Shown: positions 36,541-49,204 of the stretch, piece by piece
Numbering within the stretch: the stretch's first letter is position 1
How the letters are laid out: every line of letters starts with the position of its first letter
Source: Carcharhinus amblyrhynchos
Taxonomy: Eukaryota
DNA length: 64,000 bases
Assembly: GCA_965287045.1 (NCBI GenBank)
Contig: OZ336899.1
Coordinates: 16,430,001-16,494,000, forward strand
Direction: 5' to 3'
Made by a program: the position numbers and the translations under genes
The notes under the pieces: generated by a model
The model's database searches: none
The model's input: the letters and a program-made list of their open reading frames with translations, nothing else
Told to the model about the DNA's origin: nothing

Positions 36541-37116
36541 TGTCTGGGGCCCCTGTCTCCTCAGGACAGTTTGGAGCCCTTAAATCTCCATGACTACCTG
36601 GAGCTGCTGTGCCTCCACCCTGACTGTTTGAAGTTTGGTTTAAACCCTGCACCTGTCTCAGAAGTGGAAATGCTACCACTGGTCAAAGGCTTTTTCCGAT
36701 ACGTGGGTAACATTCGTGCCGCTTGTGGCTCAGTGAGTCAATGCACTGCTTGTGTAGTTGTGAGCCGCATGCACCAACATGGTCCAGGTTCCAACCCTGG
36801 TTTTTGTTGGGTTAGTTGTTTTCAGAAGGGGTACTGGTTGGAGTTACACAATTAGCCTCAATACCCCAGTGCTCGGGAGAATGACAAAGATAATAGGGCT
36901 TCAGTGTCTATGGTGACATCAGGGAGAAATAAAAAAACCGTTTAAGCTAAAGGCATTATGTTGGAATGTGTGAAACATTCTCCACAAAATAGATGAATCA
37001 ACAGCACAAATGGAAAATTAATGGATTTGATCCAATGGAAATTAGGGAGATGTGCTTGCAGAGGTCAAGAATGAAATATTCCAGGAAACTTAACTTTATG
37101 AGGAAATGGGCAATAT

Positions 37117-39305
37117 TGTGATGTTAGTGTACCTTTAAGAAAGGGTCTTTTTAAATCCTGTTCTCTGCTGTTGTAAGCAGACCTTTCTCAGATTGGTTTC
37201 ATTACTGCTGAATTGTCTACGAGGGGTCATTTTATTGCTACTTCAGTAGCTTAAATAGGGTCTGTTTATTTTAACTCTTGGTTGTTTTATGATCCTACAT
37301 TGTTAGGAGGATGGTTATGTGTTTTTAGACAGTTTTTTTTCCCAGTGAGTTTAAAGTTTCATCTTCTGTTTGGCTATAGTTAGAGTTGAGATTTTAGAAG
37401 AGCCAACAAGCTGAAAAGAAGTGTTTCTCTGTGTTTTATTTGGAAATTCTGCTGATTATCTGAAAGCAGGGTCTTGCCTTTCTGAAGGGGAGAATCTGCT
37501 GTTGGTGGTTTGACCAGAGTCTCTCCCAATTGCTCTGACTTTAAACTGTTCTGAGTGTTAGGAGACCTACAGCATTCATTCAAAGGACTCAAGTCCAGTA
37601 TTAAGTGAGCATTAGTCTTTGCTGGGTTAAACCTGTGGAAAGGGTCCTTTGTCTATGGGATTGGTTTGATAGGAACACATTGGATATATTTGTTAATGCT
37701 TACACATTATAATAGTTGTTTTGTTTCTTGTTTGTAATTGATAGAAGTTCTTGCTAATTTTCTTACTATATTTATTAACTATATCTGGTAGACTTGGCAG
37801 GGGGACTTCACTGGAGCATTCTGGGAGAAGTCAGCACAGCAACATCAGCTGAGAAGTGGGAAGCAGATGATCGGGTGTCAAGGAGCGCTTAAAACTTTTA
37901 ACTTAAAGGGGTAAGACATGACAGTAGAGCTCCAAGCATGGTCTATTCTTCATGCTGTATGTGGGAGGCCAGGAACATTTCCAGTGCCCAGGACCAACAT
38001 GTGTGCTGCAGCTCCTGGAAGCCTGCGTTTTGGAGCTGGAATGGTGGCTGGGGACACTATGGAGAACCCACGAGGCAGAGAGTATCATGGATAGAGTTGG
38101 CATTAATGGGTCTTCTTCTGATTGTCAGTGACTAGTAGGTTCTACAGGGATCTGTGCTAAGACCCCAACTGTTCACATTATATAGACTGATTTGGAAGAG
38201 GAAACTGAATCTATTATCTCCAAATATGCAGATGATGCAAAGTTGGGTGGGAGGGTGAGCTGTGAGGAGGATGCAGTGAAGTTTCAGCACGATTTAGACA
38301 GGCTGAGTGTGTGGGCATCTGCATGGCGGATTCAGTATAATGTGGATAAATGTGAGGTTATCCACTTTGGCAGCAATAATAGGAAGACAGATTATTACTT
38401 TGATGGGTGTAAACAGAGAGATAGGCACTCAGCGAGACCTTGGAGTCCTCGTGCATCAATCGTTGAAAGTAAGTGCGCAGATACAGCAGGCAGTAAAGAA
38501 GGCAGGTGGTATGTTGGCCTTCATAGCGAGAAAATTTGAGTGTAGGGGTAGGGATGTTTTGCTACAATTGTATCAGGTATTGATGAGGCCACATCTGGAG
38601 TATTGTGTACAGTTTTGGTGACTTTATCTGAGGAAGGATGTCCTTGCTATAGAAGGAGTGCAGCAAAGGCTCATTCCTGGGATGGCAGGTCTGTTACATG
38701 AGGACAGACTAAGTCAGTTAGGATTATATTCACTGGAGTTTAGAAGAGTGAGAGGGGATCTCATAGAAACTTGTAAAATTCTAACATGGTTAGACAGGAT
38801 AGATTCATAAAGAATGTTCCCAATCGTGGGGAGTCCAAAACTAGGAGTCATAGTTTGAGGATAAGGGATAAGCCTTTTGGAACTGAAGGGAGGATAAATT
38901 TCTTCACCCAGAGGGTGGTGAATGTGTGGAATTCACTACAGAATGTAGATGAGCCCAAAATATTGTCTGATTTCAAGAAGAAATTAAATATAGCTTTTGG
39001 GGCTAAAGGGATCAAGGGATAAGAGAGGAAGGGGGGAATGGATATTGAATTTGATGATCAAGATGAATGGTGGGGCAGGCTCGAAGGGACAAAAGGCCTA
39101 CTCCTGCTTCTAATTTCTGTGTTTCTATGTTTCTCCATTACTATATTCTTGAATAAACTTTGTTTGATAACAGCTCCCTAGTGGGTCATTCGAATCATAT
39201 CTGAAGTGAAACATATCATGCTGATCCTAGCCAAATTCAAGATGCAAAACTTTATCCAGACAGGCCCCATAAAGCACTTTAGAATTTCTGACCTGAGCCA
39301 TAACA
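37117..39305 (+). mobile_element. Solo LTR (~830 bp) interrupted by a CR1 insertion
   Basis: Begins TGTGATG and ends CATAACA (near-perfect inverted ends). 4-bp TSD ATAT at 37113-37116 and 39306-39309. AATAAA at ~39152. Confidence 0.85.
37785..39139 (+). mobile_element. Internally deleted CR1 (ORF1 N-terminus joined to RT 3' half) inserted in the LTR
   Basis: 37918-38095 reads SSCCMWEARNISSAQDQHVC / QLLEACVLELEWWLGTLW (CR1 ORF1 zinc finger and zipper). RT follows (KYADD, RPHLEYCVQFW, FFTQRVV) with a 3' tail. Flanked by ACTATAT at 37778-37784 and 39140-39146. Confidence 0.8.
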
Positions 39306-40629
39306 ATATGCAACAGCAAGACGGTGAATATCTATGATAATTAAGATTGAGATACAGACGTGGAGAGAAAGGACCTTAACTTTGAAGATCAAGGTGTAGG
39401 GTTGGCTTTAATTCAATGCAATGGGTTCTGAGCTTTCCATCAACCAGCCTGTCCCTGTCCATGCTGCAATTTCACTAGCAGTTGGTTAGTCGACTTGCCA
39501 GTGGGCCAATTTAGGCCCTTAACTGCTTAATTAATGCTTCTTAAAGGCCTCATCCCACTGCTGCCAGGATTTAATCAGTGGCAGGAAGAGCCTACACCAA
39601 GCAGCCAGCCTGCAACATTCCCAGCATGAGCTGTTGGTGGGAAGGAGAATCTCTTCTTAATGAGCACAAAGGTGCAACCACCCATACCTGGTTCCTTATT
39701 GCCCTCTGCCTTTTTACCCCAATGCCCCCACCCCCTCTTGCCAGGGCCTGCCATCTTGGCCCAGGTGGGACCCCAGATTCATCTACCAGGCTGGATCCAA
39801 TGCCACATGCTTCCTCTCAACCTTACTGCAGTACTGGCCGTGACTACCACTGGCATTGGAGAGCTGCTGGCCTCTGATTGGCTGGCATCTCTTCGAGACA
39901 GGATTTCCCATTTCCTGGAATTCCTGTCTTAACCCCATTAATGGCCAACCAGCTGTGTAAAGGGTGTGGAGCAGCTATGAAGAGCATTGGTAGGCTCTCC
40001 CTGACTTTTTCATTTGTGAGGGGCTGGGAAATGGAGCTAAAAAACAAGAGGCAGAAAACACTGGGTTGGTATAGTTTATGAACCCCAAACAGTAATTGGA
40101 GTGTCAGGCAGAATATAAATGAAGAAATTAAAGGTGTTTGTAATAAGGATTATGCAGTAGGCATAGAAGACTGGGCAAATCAAATTTGCAGTAATAGCGT
40201 GGAGGATGTGTTCATGGAATGTATACTAAATAGTTTACTAGACCAGTATGTCAAGTAACAAACTAGGAACAGTTTATTTTAAATTCGGTATTACGGAATG
40301 AGTAGAAGTTATTTAATGACCTTGTAGAAAAGGGGTCTCTAGTAAAGAGTAATCACAATGTAGTACAATTTTACACTGAGTTTGAAACTGAATTAGTTAA
40401 GTCGTAAGATTAGGGTCTTCTGACCAAAGAAGACTACATCTGATTTGGCAAAATTAGATTGGAAAACTTGAAAAATCGGATGGCAGAAAAGAAATTGCAA
40501 ATATTTAAACATTCAATTCCCAATTTAAAAAAAACACATTCCCTGAAGCAATTAAAAAACACGTACATGGAAAAATGTCTGTTCTGCGGCTAACACGAGA
40601 AGTTAAAGTTAGCACAAAAACAATACATA

Positions 40630-40726
40630 GTAAAAACAGAAAATTCTGGAAATACTCAGCAGATCAGGTAGCATCTGCGGAGAGAGAAACAAAGTTAATG
40701 TTTCAGGCCAGTGACCTTTCCATCAG
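40630..40726 (-). mobile_element. Short Penelope-type terminal fragment with a degenerate hammerhead motif
   Basis: Reverse complement CTGATGGAA-AGGTC(ACT)GGCCT-GAAA-CATT-AAC...CAGATGCT; same family as 34795-34877 and 42721-42857. Confidence 0.65.
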
Positions 40727-41879
40727 GTAGGGCTGAGATGAAGAGAAATTTCCTCACTTGAATTGTTGTAAATGTTTGGAATTTTCTACCCAAGGGGGTT
40801 ATGGATGCTCAGTCATTGACTATATTCACGACAGTCTGATAGATATTTGGGTACAAAAGGAATTTTGAAATGTGGCGATAATACAGGAAGGGTGAGTTCA
40901 GTGATGATCTTATTGAATGGTACAGCATGCAGAAAGGGCTGAATGGCCTACCGCTGCTCCAGTCTTGATGGTTTTGTTCTATAAACTTAACTAACTGTAC
41001 ATTGCTTGCTGTTTCTTCATTCTTACTGGATCAATATCCTGGAAGCCATAACCTAACAGCATTATTGGAGGCAGTGGCATAGCGCTAAAATCACAGGATG
41101 AGTAATCCAGAGAGCCATTAATAGGTTCAAATCCCATCTAGGCAGCTGGTGGAATTTCAACTCAATTAATAAATTTAAAAAGTGAGTCTCAGTTGTGTTG
41201 ACCATTGTGGATTGTCATAAAAATGACTCTGGTTCATTAAAGAAATCTCCTGTCTTCACCTCCTGCGGTCGACATGTGACTCTAGATTGAAATATGGTTG
41301 ACTCCAAATGACTTAACAAGCTGGTCAGTGTACTATACCAGTATAGAAAAATCAGGATGGAATAAAATTGGACAGACCACCCAGCATTGACCTAGGCATC
41401 AGAAATGGCAATGGGATGCCCAGCCTTTTCAACCCTGCAGTCTTCCTTACTGATATAGTCACATTCATGCAATCATACTTCACAAACGATGTCTTAGACA
41501 CCAAAACCATCCCAGCAGGACAGACCCAGCAGGGGTGGTGGCATAGTGGTATACGGTCAGAAGGAAGTTGCCATGTGAGTCCTTAACATTGACTCTGGAC
41601 CTCATGAGGTCTCATGGCTTTAGGTCAAACATGGGTAAGGAAGTGCTCATTACCACTTCCCACTTTTCCCCCACCTTCGCCAGCTGATGAATCAGTACTC
41701 CTCTATGTTGAACAGCATTTGGAGGAGGCACTGAATGTGGCAAGGGCACAGAATGTACCCTGGCTCGGGGGCTGTGGGAACTTCAATAGCTATCAGCAAG
41801 ACTGGCTCAGTAACACCACCACACCTTGAGCTGGCTGAGTCCTAAAGGACATAGGTGGGACTGTGGCAGAGAGTAAGAG

Positions 41880-42215
41880 ACCATAGATTCACTACACTGC
41901 AGAAGAAGGCCATTCAGCCCATTGAGTCTGCACTGACTCTCTGAAAGAGCATTTTATCCAGACCCATCCCCATTACCCCATCACATTTACCATCATTAAT
42001 CCACCTAACACACATCTTGGGACATTAAGGGACAATTTAGCATGGCCAATCCACCTAACCTACACACCTTTGGACTGTGGGAGGAAACCTGAGCAACCGT
42101 ATGAAACCCACGCAGACACGGGGAAAACGAGCAAACTCCACATGGTCATCCAAGGCCAGAATAAAACTCAGGTCCCTGCCGCTGTGAGGCAGCAGTGTTA
42201 ACCACTGTGCCACCC
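41880..42215 (-). mobile_element. HE1-like V-SINE nested in the L2-type LINE
   Basis: Reverse complement GGGTGGCACAGTGGTTAACACTGCTGCCTCACAGC...CCCACAGTCCAAAGGTGTG...GGCCTTCTTCTGCAGTG. Confidence 0.85.
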
Positions 42216-42720
42216 AACTGCCTCAAACAAGAGGAAAAACATACTTGACCTTGTTCTCACCAAGAGACCTGTCACATATGCATCTGTCCATGACAGTATT
42301 GGTAGCAGTGACCATCGCACAATCCTTATGCAGATTTTGTCCCATCTTCACATTGTGGATACCTTCCATCATGCCACTGTGCTAAATGGGAATTATTTCA
42401 AACAGATCTAGGAAGTCAGAACTGAGCATTCATGAGGCACTCTGGGCCATTATCAGCAGCAGAATTGTGTACAGTCACAAATTGTAACCTCATGGCCCAG
42501 CAAATCCCCACTCTACCATGGTTCATTACAACTAAAACAAGGGATCAACCCTGTTCAGAGAAGATTGCAAGAGGGTATGCCAGAAGCAAAACCTGGCAAA
42601 CCTAAAAATGAGGTGTCAATCTGGTGGAGTTACAAAACAGGATTATTTGTCTGCTAAACAGAGGAGGCAGCAAGTAATAGACAGAGCTAAGCAATTGCAC
42701 AATCAATGCATCAGATCTAA

Positions 42721-42857
42721 AGTAACAGCCAAAACCTGCAGATGCTGGAAATCTGGAAGGTAAACAAAAAATACTGGAAAAGTTCAGCAGGTCTGGCAAC
42801 ATCTCTGGAGAGAGAAACAGAGTTAACATTTTGAGTCAATTATGACTACTTTGGAAC
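42721..42857 (-). mobile_element. Short Penelope-type terminal fragment with TSD
   Basis: TGCAGATGCTGGAAATCT...CAGCAGGTCTGGCAACATCT..GAGAGAGAAACAGAGTTAAC, flanked by TCAGATCTAA / TCAAATCTAA. Confidence 0.7.
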
Positions 42858-44679
42858 TCAAATCTAAGCTCTGCAGTTCTGCCACATTCAGCCACGAATG
42901 GTGGCAGGCAATTAAACAAATCACTGGAGGAGGATGTTCCACAAATATCCCTGTCCTCAATGATGGGGGAGCCCAGCACATCAGTGCAAATGGCAAGGGT
43001 GAAGTACTTGCAACCATCTTCAGCCAAAAATGCTTAGTGGATGATCCATCTTGACCTCTTCCCAAGATTCCCAGCATCACAGATGTCAGCCTTGAGCTAA
43101 TTCCACTCACTCCACGTGATATCAAGAAACATCTGAAGGCTTTGGATACTGCAAAGGCTGTGGACTCTGGCAAAATTCCAACAATAATACTGAAAACTTG
43201 TGCTCCAGAATAAACCACACCCTTAGCCAACCTGTTCCGGTATAGCTACAATCTATCCATCATCTACCCACTAAGTGGAAAATTGCCCAGGTATATCCTG
43301 TACACAAAAAGAACAAATCCAACCCAGCCAATTATTGTTTCCATTAGACTACTTTCAATCACCACCAAAGTGATGGAAGAGGTTGTCAAAAGCACCTGTC
43401 CGGCAATGATCTGCTCACTGATGCTTAGTTTGGGTTCAGTTAAGGCCACGTTATAGACTTAGTCCAAACATGGACAAAACAGCTGAACTCCAGAGGTGAG
43501 GTGAGAGTGATTGCCCTTAACATCAAGACAACATTTGATTATAGCATCAAGGAGCCCTAGCAAAACTGGTGTCAATGGGAATCAGGGGAAACTCTCCACT
43601 GGTTGGAGTCATACCTGGCACAAAGGAAGATGTGGTTGTTAGAGATCAGTGCCAGTATATTAGTGCAGGAGTTCTTCAGGGAAATGCCCTAGGCCCAATC
43701 ATTTTCAGTTACTTCAATGGCCTTTCTTCCATCATAAAGTCAGAAGCGGGAATGTTCACTGATGATTGCAAACCATTCGCCATTCACAACTCCTCAGATA
43801 CTTAAGCAGTCCATGTCCACCTGTCAACAAGATCTGGATGACATTCAGGCCTTGACTGGTAAGTACAAAGTAACATTTGCGTCACAACAATACCAGACAA
43901 TGATCATCCCCAACAAAAGAGAATATAGTCATCTCCCCTTGACATTCCATAGCATCACAATTGCTGAATCCCCTACAATGAGCATCCTGAACTGGACCAG
44001 TTATAAAAATACTGTGGCTTTAGGAGCCGATAAGAAGCTGGGAATTCTTTGGAGAGTAAATATTTGACTGGTTGTGGACCACCTTCAGACATCACCTGCA
44101 ATCAATTGCAACACATGGATTAAAAAATGTTAATTTTCTTTATGAAACGAAGCTTGTAACCAACACCTCTCAAAATAAAAGAATATTTATTACTTCTCAG
44201 ATGAAAATTCTTTTTCCCAGATATTTTCCCAACAGATGTAGCTTACTGTTTTCTCATACATGCAATTCACTCTGGGTTATGCATGTGTAAACAACATTAG
44301 TTTAAAGGATACAGGAGATAATTCCTCACAAGATTTCTCTTTGTGAATTTATTTACCTCCCCATCTTTATATCCTGATCCTGACTCTCCAAGAGCAGTCC
44401 ACCATCTCCAAGGCTCACGTCAGCAGCGTGATAGAATACTTTCCCATTGCCTGGATGGGTGCAGCTCCAAAAACACTCAAGAAGCTTGACACCATCCAGG
44501 ACAAAGCAGCCCACTTGATTGACACCCCGTCCACCACTTCAAATGTTGACTCCATCCAGTAATGACATGCAATGGCAGCAGCGTCTCCTGTCTACAAGAT
44601 GCATTGCAGCAACTCACTAAGCCTCCTTAGACAAACCTGTGACCTCTATCATCTGGAAAGATAAGAGTTAAGAAGATCT

Positions 44680-46551
44680 TGAGTTAAGAAGGGCTAAAAG
44701 AGGACATGAGAAGACTTTGGCTGATAGGATTAAGGAGAATCCTAAGGCGTTCTATAGGTATGTCAAGAACAGAAGGTTGGTTAGGGCAAGATTAGGGCCA
44801 GTTATAGACAGCAGAGGGAAGTTATGTGTGGAACCGGAAGAGATTGGAGAGGCATTGAACCAATATTTCTCTTCGGTGTTCACGCAGGGGGACAAGAATA
44901 TAGCTGAGGAGGACACAGGGTTGCAGGGGAGTAGAATAGACAGTATTACAGTTGATAAGGAGGATGTGCTGGATATTCTTGAGGGATTGAAGATAGGTAA
45001 GTCCCCTGGTCTGGATGGGATTTACCCTAGGATTCTCTGGGAGGCAAGAGAAGTGATTGCAGTGCCTCTGGCTCTGATCTTCAGGTTGTCGTTGGCCTCT
45101 GGTATAGTACCGGAAGATTGGAGGTTAGCGAATGTTGTCCCATTGTTTAAGAAGGGGAACAGAGACTTCCCCGGGAATTATAGACCGGTGAGTCTCACTT
45201 CTGTTGTGGGCAAGGTTTTAGAAAAAATTATTAGGGATAGGATTTATAGTTATTTGGAGAGTAATGAATTGATTGGAGATAGTCAGCATGGTTTTGTAGC
45301 GGGTAGGTCGTGCCTTACTAACCTTATGAGTTTTTTGAAAAAGTGACCAAAGAGGTGGATGGGGGTAAGGCAGTTGACGTGGTATATATGGATTTTAGTA
45401 AGGCATTTGATAAGGTTCACCATGGTAGGCTTCTGCAGAAAATGCAGATGTATGGGATTGAGGGTAATCTAGGCAATTGGATCAGGAATTGGCTAGCAGA
45501 TAGGAGACAGAGGGTGGTGGTTGATGGTAAATATTTGTCATGGAGTTTGGTTACGAGTGGTGTGCCTCAGGGATCTGTTTTGGGGCCACTGCTGTTTGTA
45601 ATTTTTATTAATGATCTGGATGAGGGTATAGTTGGGTGGATTAGTAAATTTGCCGATGACACCAAAGTCGGTGGTGTGGTAGATTGTGAGGAAGGGTGTC
45701 ATAGTTTGCAGGAAGACTTGGACAGGTTGCAGAGCTGGGCTGAGAGGTGGCGGATGGAGTTTAATGCGGAGAAGTGTGAGGTAATTCACTTTGGTAGGAA
45801 TAACAGATGTGTTGAGTATAGGGCTAACGGGAGGACTTTGAATAGTGTGGATGAACAGAGGGATCTAGGTGTATGTGTACATAGATCCCTGAAAGTTGGG
45901 AATCAAGTAGATAGGGTTGTTAAGAAGGCATACGGTGTCTTGGCGTTTATTGGTAGGGGGATTGAATTTAGGAGTCGCAGCGTCATGTTGCAACTGTACA
46001 CAACTCTGGTGCGGCCGCACTTGGAGTACTGTGTGCAGTTCTGGTCCCCACATTACAGGAAGGACGTGGAGGCTTTGGAGAGGGTGCAGAGGAGGTTTAC
46101 CAGGATGTTGCCTGGTATGGAGGGGAGGTCCTATGAGGAGAGACTGAGGGATTTGGGGTTGTTTTCGCTGGAAAGAAGGCGGCTAAGAGGGGATCTTATT
46201 GAAACATATAAGATGATTAGAGGTTTAGATAGGGTGGACCGTGATAGCCTTTTTCCTCGGATGGAGAAAGCTAGCACGAGGGGGCATGGCTTTAAATTAA
46301 GGGGGGGTAGTTATAGGACGGATGTCAGGGGTAGGTTCTTTACCCAGAGGGTGGTGAGGGATTGGAATGCCCTGCCTGCTGCGGTTGTAAATGCGCCTAG
46401 TTTGGGGGCGTTTAAGAGATCCGTGGATAGGTTTATGGATGAAAAGGGATTGGTTTAGGTTAGAGGGTCATTGTTTTTTTAACTGGTTGGCGCAACATCG
46501 TGGGCCGAAGGGCCTGTTCTGCGCTGTAATGTTCTATGTTCTATGTTCTAT
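44680..46551 (+). mobile_element. Young 5'-truncated CR1 LINE, copy B (one frameshift)
   Basis: ORFs 44717-45346 and 45343-46458 are split by a 1-bp deletion (CTTATGAG versus CTTATTGAG in copy A). Nearly identical to 25407-27377; (CTATGTT)n tail. Confidence 0.96.
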
Positions 46552-48124
46552 AGAAGTAGTTGCATGGAAAAACCAACTACAAGTTCTCCCCCAAGCCACT
46601 CACCATCCTGACTTGGAATTATAATTGTGTTCCTTCACTGTTGCTGGTCAAAATCCTGGATTTACCCTCTCTAATGGCATTGTGGATGTTACAATAGGTA
46701 TGGCCATTTGCTGTTCAAGAAGGTAGCCAATTTCTCAAACCTAATTAGGGATTGGCCATAAATGCTGGCCTAGCCTGTGACACCTGTACCCTGTGAAAGC
46801 ATTCATTTAAAAATAACCGTCACCACACAGATTGCAGCAGTTCAGGGAGAAGATTTACCATCACCTTTTCAAGGGTTACGAGGGCATAAACAATAAATAC
46901 CAGCCTTGCCAACAATATCTCTTATTGATTAACTAATAATGCCTTCCAAAGTGGAAATTTACACCATCCTCTTTTTGAGTCTCCCAGAATCTTTCAGCAC
47001 AGAAAGAGGTCATTCAGCCTGTTATCCCTGTGCCAGCACCATCTAATTATGCTGCAGTGAAAAACTAGTGGAATTGTTTTTGAAGGGAATCAGTTGCAAT
47101 GTAACTAAGGAGGATTGGTGCAGATTAGATCCCACAATTAACCTGCAGTTTATGAAAAGAGTATAAACATTCATATTACAGATATATCATACGAAAAGGA
47201 GCTTTATTGAATTTTTGATCTAACTGGAATGATTTTGGTTTGACTTTTAAACCTGATAACTCGGGGAGTTCACAGAACGTCATGTGCAGAGTCTGGAGAT
47301 TCGGGATAACTAAAACCATGTGATGGACAATTATATTCCACCCGCCGCCCCTTCCCCTATCCCCCTAGGATCTTTAACTGAAACCAACTAACCCAGCTGC
47401 CTGTTGCAGTGAAGGACATTCTTGTCTCTTCTCTGTTTAACACTCTTGTGTCCCATTTTAAACAGTCTGACTTTTGTTTGATATTTAATAAGCAATGCCG
47501 ATCAAATGACTGGCATTACGTACAGCCCTGCAGTCATGCGTGCAGTTATTTTATCAATGGACGTATTTAGTTTTTAGTGATAAACAAGTGGTTAGAAGGC
47601 TTTGTTGCTTGTGAGGGTCTGACAAGGTGCTGCAGGGTATGGGCTTTGAAGACGTGCAAGGCGGAAAACAGTGAAACCGCAGTATCCTCCATTCTCCACT
47701 TGGAGTGACTACTGTAGCTGTGAGGCTTTTTTTCACACATAAGTTATATCTTTGTGAGCTCTTACCATTTCATATTTTTTCTTTTATATTTGGATTTATT
47801 GAAGTCTGAATTTATCCTTAGATTCCCACTTTGTTGTATTAATATTTGTTCTCTTTACTTCAGAAGATTTTTTTCATCTTCTGTCCTGATTAGCTTTCAT
47901 CCCAACTTATTTCTCTTTGTAATTTGTATTAACAATCCTCCTCTTGCTATTGAATTACCACTTTCTCCCCTGATTATGCCAACTCTGGCTACTCCTCCAC
48001 TATCTCTGTCAAGCAGGTAGAAAATCAGGCAGTAAGGCTGAGCAGGGTATTTGACAGTGGAGTCATCAATGTCTTCGAGCAGGACCTATGCTCACCAACA
48101 TCTACTTGCAGATAAAGTCAAGGG

Positions 48125-48600
48125 ACAGTGATTAGGAACAGGAGCCTTTACTGATTTCCCCCTCTCTCTGACCCCCAAATATTGGATATAGTGTGGAGCA
48201 GGAACCCTGACTGATTCCACCACCCCCCATCCCACACCATCCCAATCCATCTAATACAGTTCTCAGTGACAGGGATTGGGAGCAGGAACCCTGGCTGATT
48301 TTCCTTCTTCCTCTACGGTAGGGGACACTATACACAAATCAAGAGGAGGAATATTGGCTGATTTCCCCTCTCTTACTAACTGAATGGTCACTAGCCAGTA
48401 ATCAAGAACATGGATCCTGGCTGAATTCCCCTCCCTCTAACCCAGGGTCACTGGGCCGTGAGCAGGAGCAGGAATTCTGGCTGAATTCCCCTCCCTCTAA
48501 CCCAGAGTCACTGGGCCATGAGCAGGAGCAGGAATTCTGGCTGAATTCTCCTTCTTCTAACACAGGGTCACTGGGCTGTGAGCAGGAGCAGGAATAACTC
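48125..48600. repeat. Degenerate ~60-bp satellite related to the 64-bp array at 54625
   Basis: Three aligned 60-bp units CTGAATTCCCCTCCCTCTAACCCAGGGTCACTGGGCCGTGAGCAGGAGCAGGAATTCTGG plus about 5 diverged upstream monomers. Confidence 0.85.
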
Positions 48601-49204
48601 TGAATGATTTCCCAAATCCTTGTCCCAGAGATCGACTAATGCAACAAAGATTGGGAATCATCCTTTGATTTTATTTCTTAGCTTATTGCAAGCTTGCTGA
48701 GGTTGTCTGGAACTGGATTTGCCTGCTTTTGGCTGGACTTACTCATCTGTAAAATTATTAAAAATGGCAACCAGATCATTCATTGACTACAGTCAATTAC
48801 TGTCATGTACATCATTGATAAGTGTATCATTAAGTTAAATATATGAAACTTTATTTTGAAAATGAAGCTGTCTCTGTCTGTTTAAATGTAATTAATACAG
48901 TATATCCATGCTCAATAAACCATATAAATACATGAATTGCAATTTCAGAAGTAATAGGTTTTTCTGAAAAATGGTTATTCATTAAAATTAAATGTTAGTT
49001 CCTCTTTGTTAAGTAGAATAATCTGCTTTAAGATTTGGTCAGGGTTCTAACCAGGAGTCTATGAATTTCCCTATCACCATATCACACTGCCTTGATCAAG
49101 CAAAGCAAATATATTTAACACTAGGACAGAGGCCATGACTATCCTGGCCTCTGTGGTCGAGCTTGGCTTTGAGTTCAATCATCCAGGTTCCTTACTATCC
49201 TCGA

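Larger units (their letters stand above)
36940..40985 (+). mobile_element. Fragmented old CR1 (APE endonuclease start to 3' tail), split by an LTR (37117-39305) and another insertion (~39400-40020)
   Basis: LKALCWNV..ILHKIDE before the LTR, ERKDLNFEDQGV after it, ELKNKRQKTL and PNS resuming at ~40025; 3' tail at 40730-40985. Confidence 0.7.
41068..46800 (+). mobile_element. Near full-length decayed L2-type LINE with tRNA-like 5' head, hosting nested insertions
   Basis: Head GGCAGTGGCATAG..AGTAATCCAGAG..GGTTCAAATCCC. APE remnants (PSPADESVLLYVEQHL, LDLVLT, IGSSDH) and RT remnants (EWWQAIKQITG, AGVLQGNALGP, MFTDD). 3' tail at 44400-44670 and 46552-46800. Confidence 0.8.
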
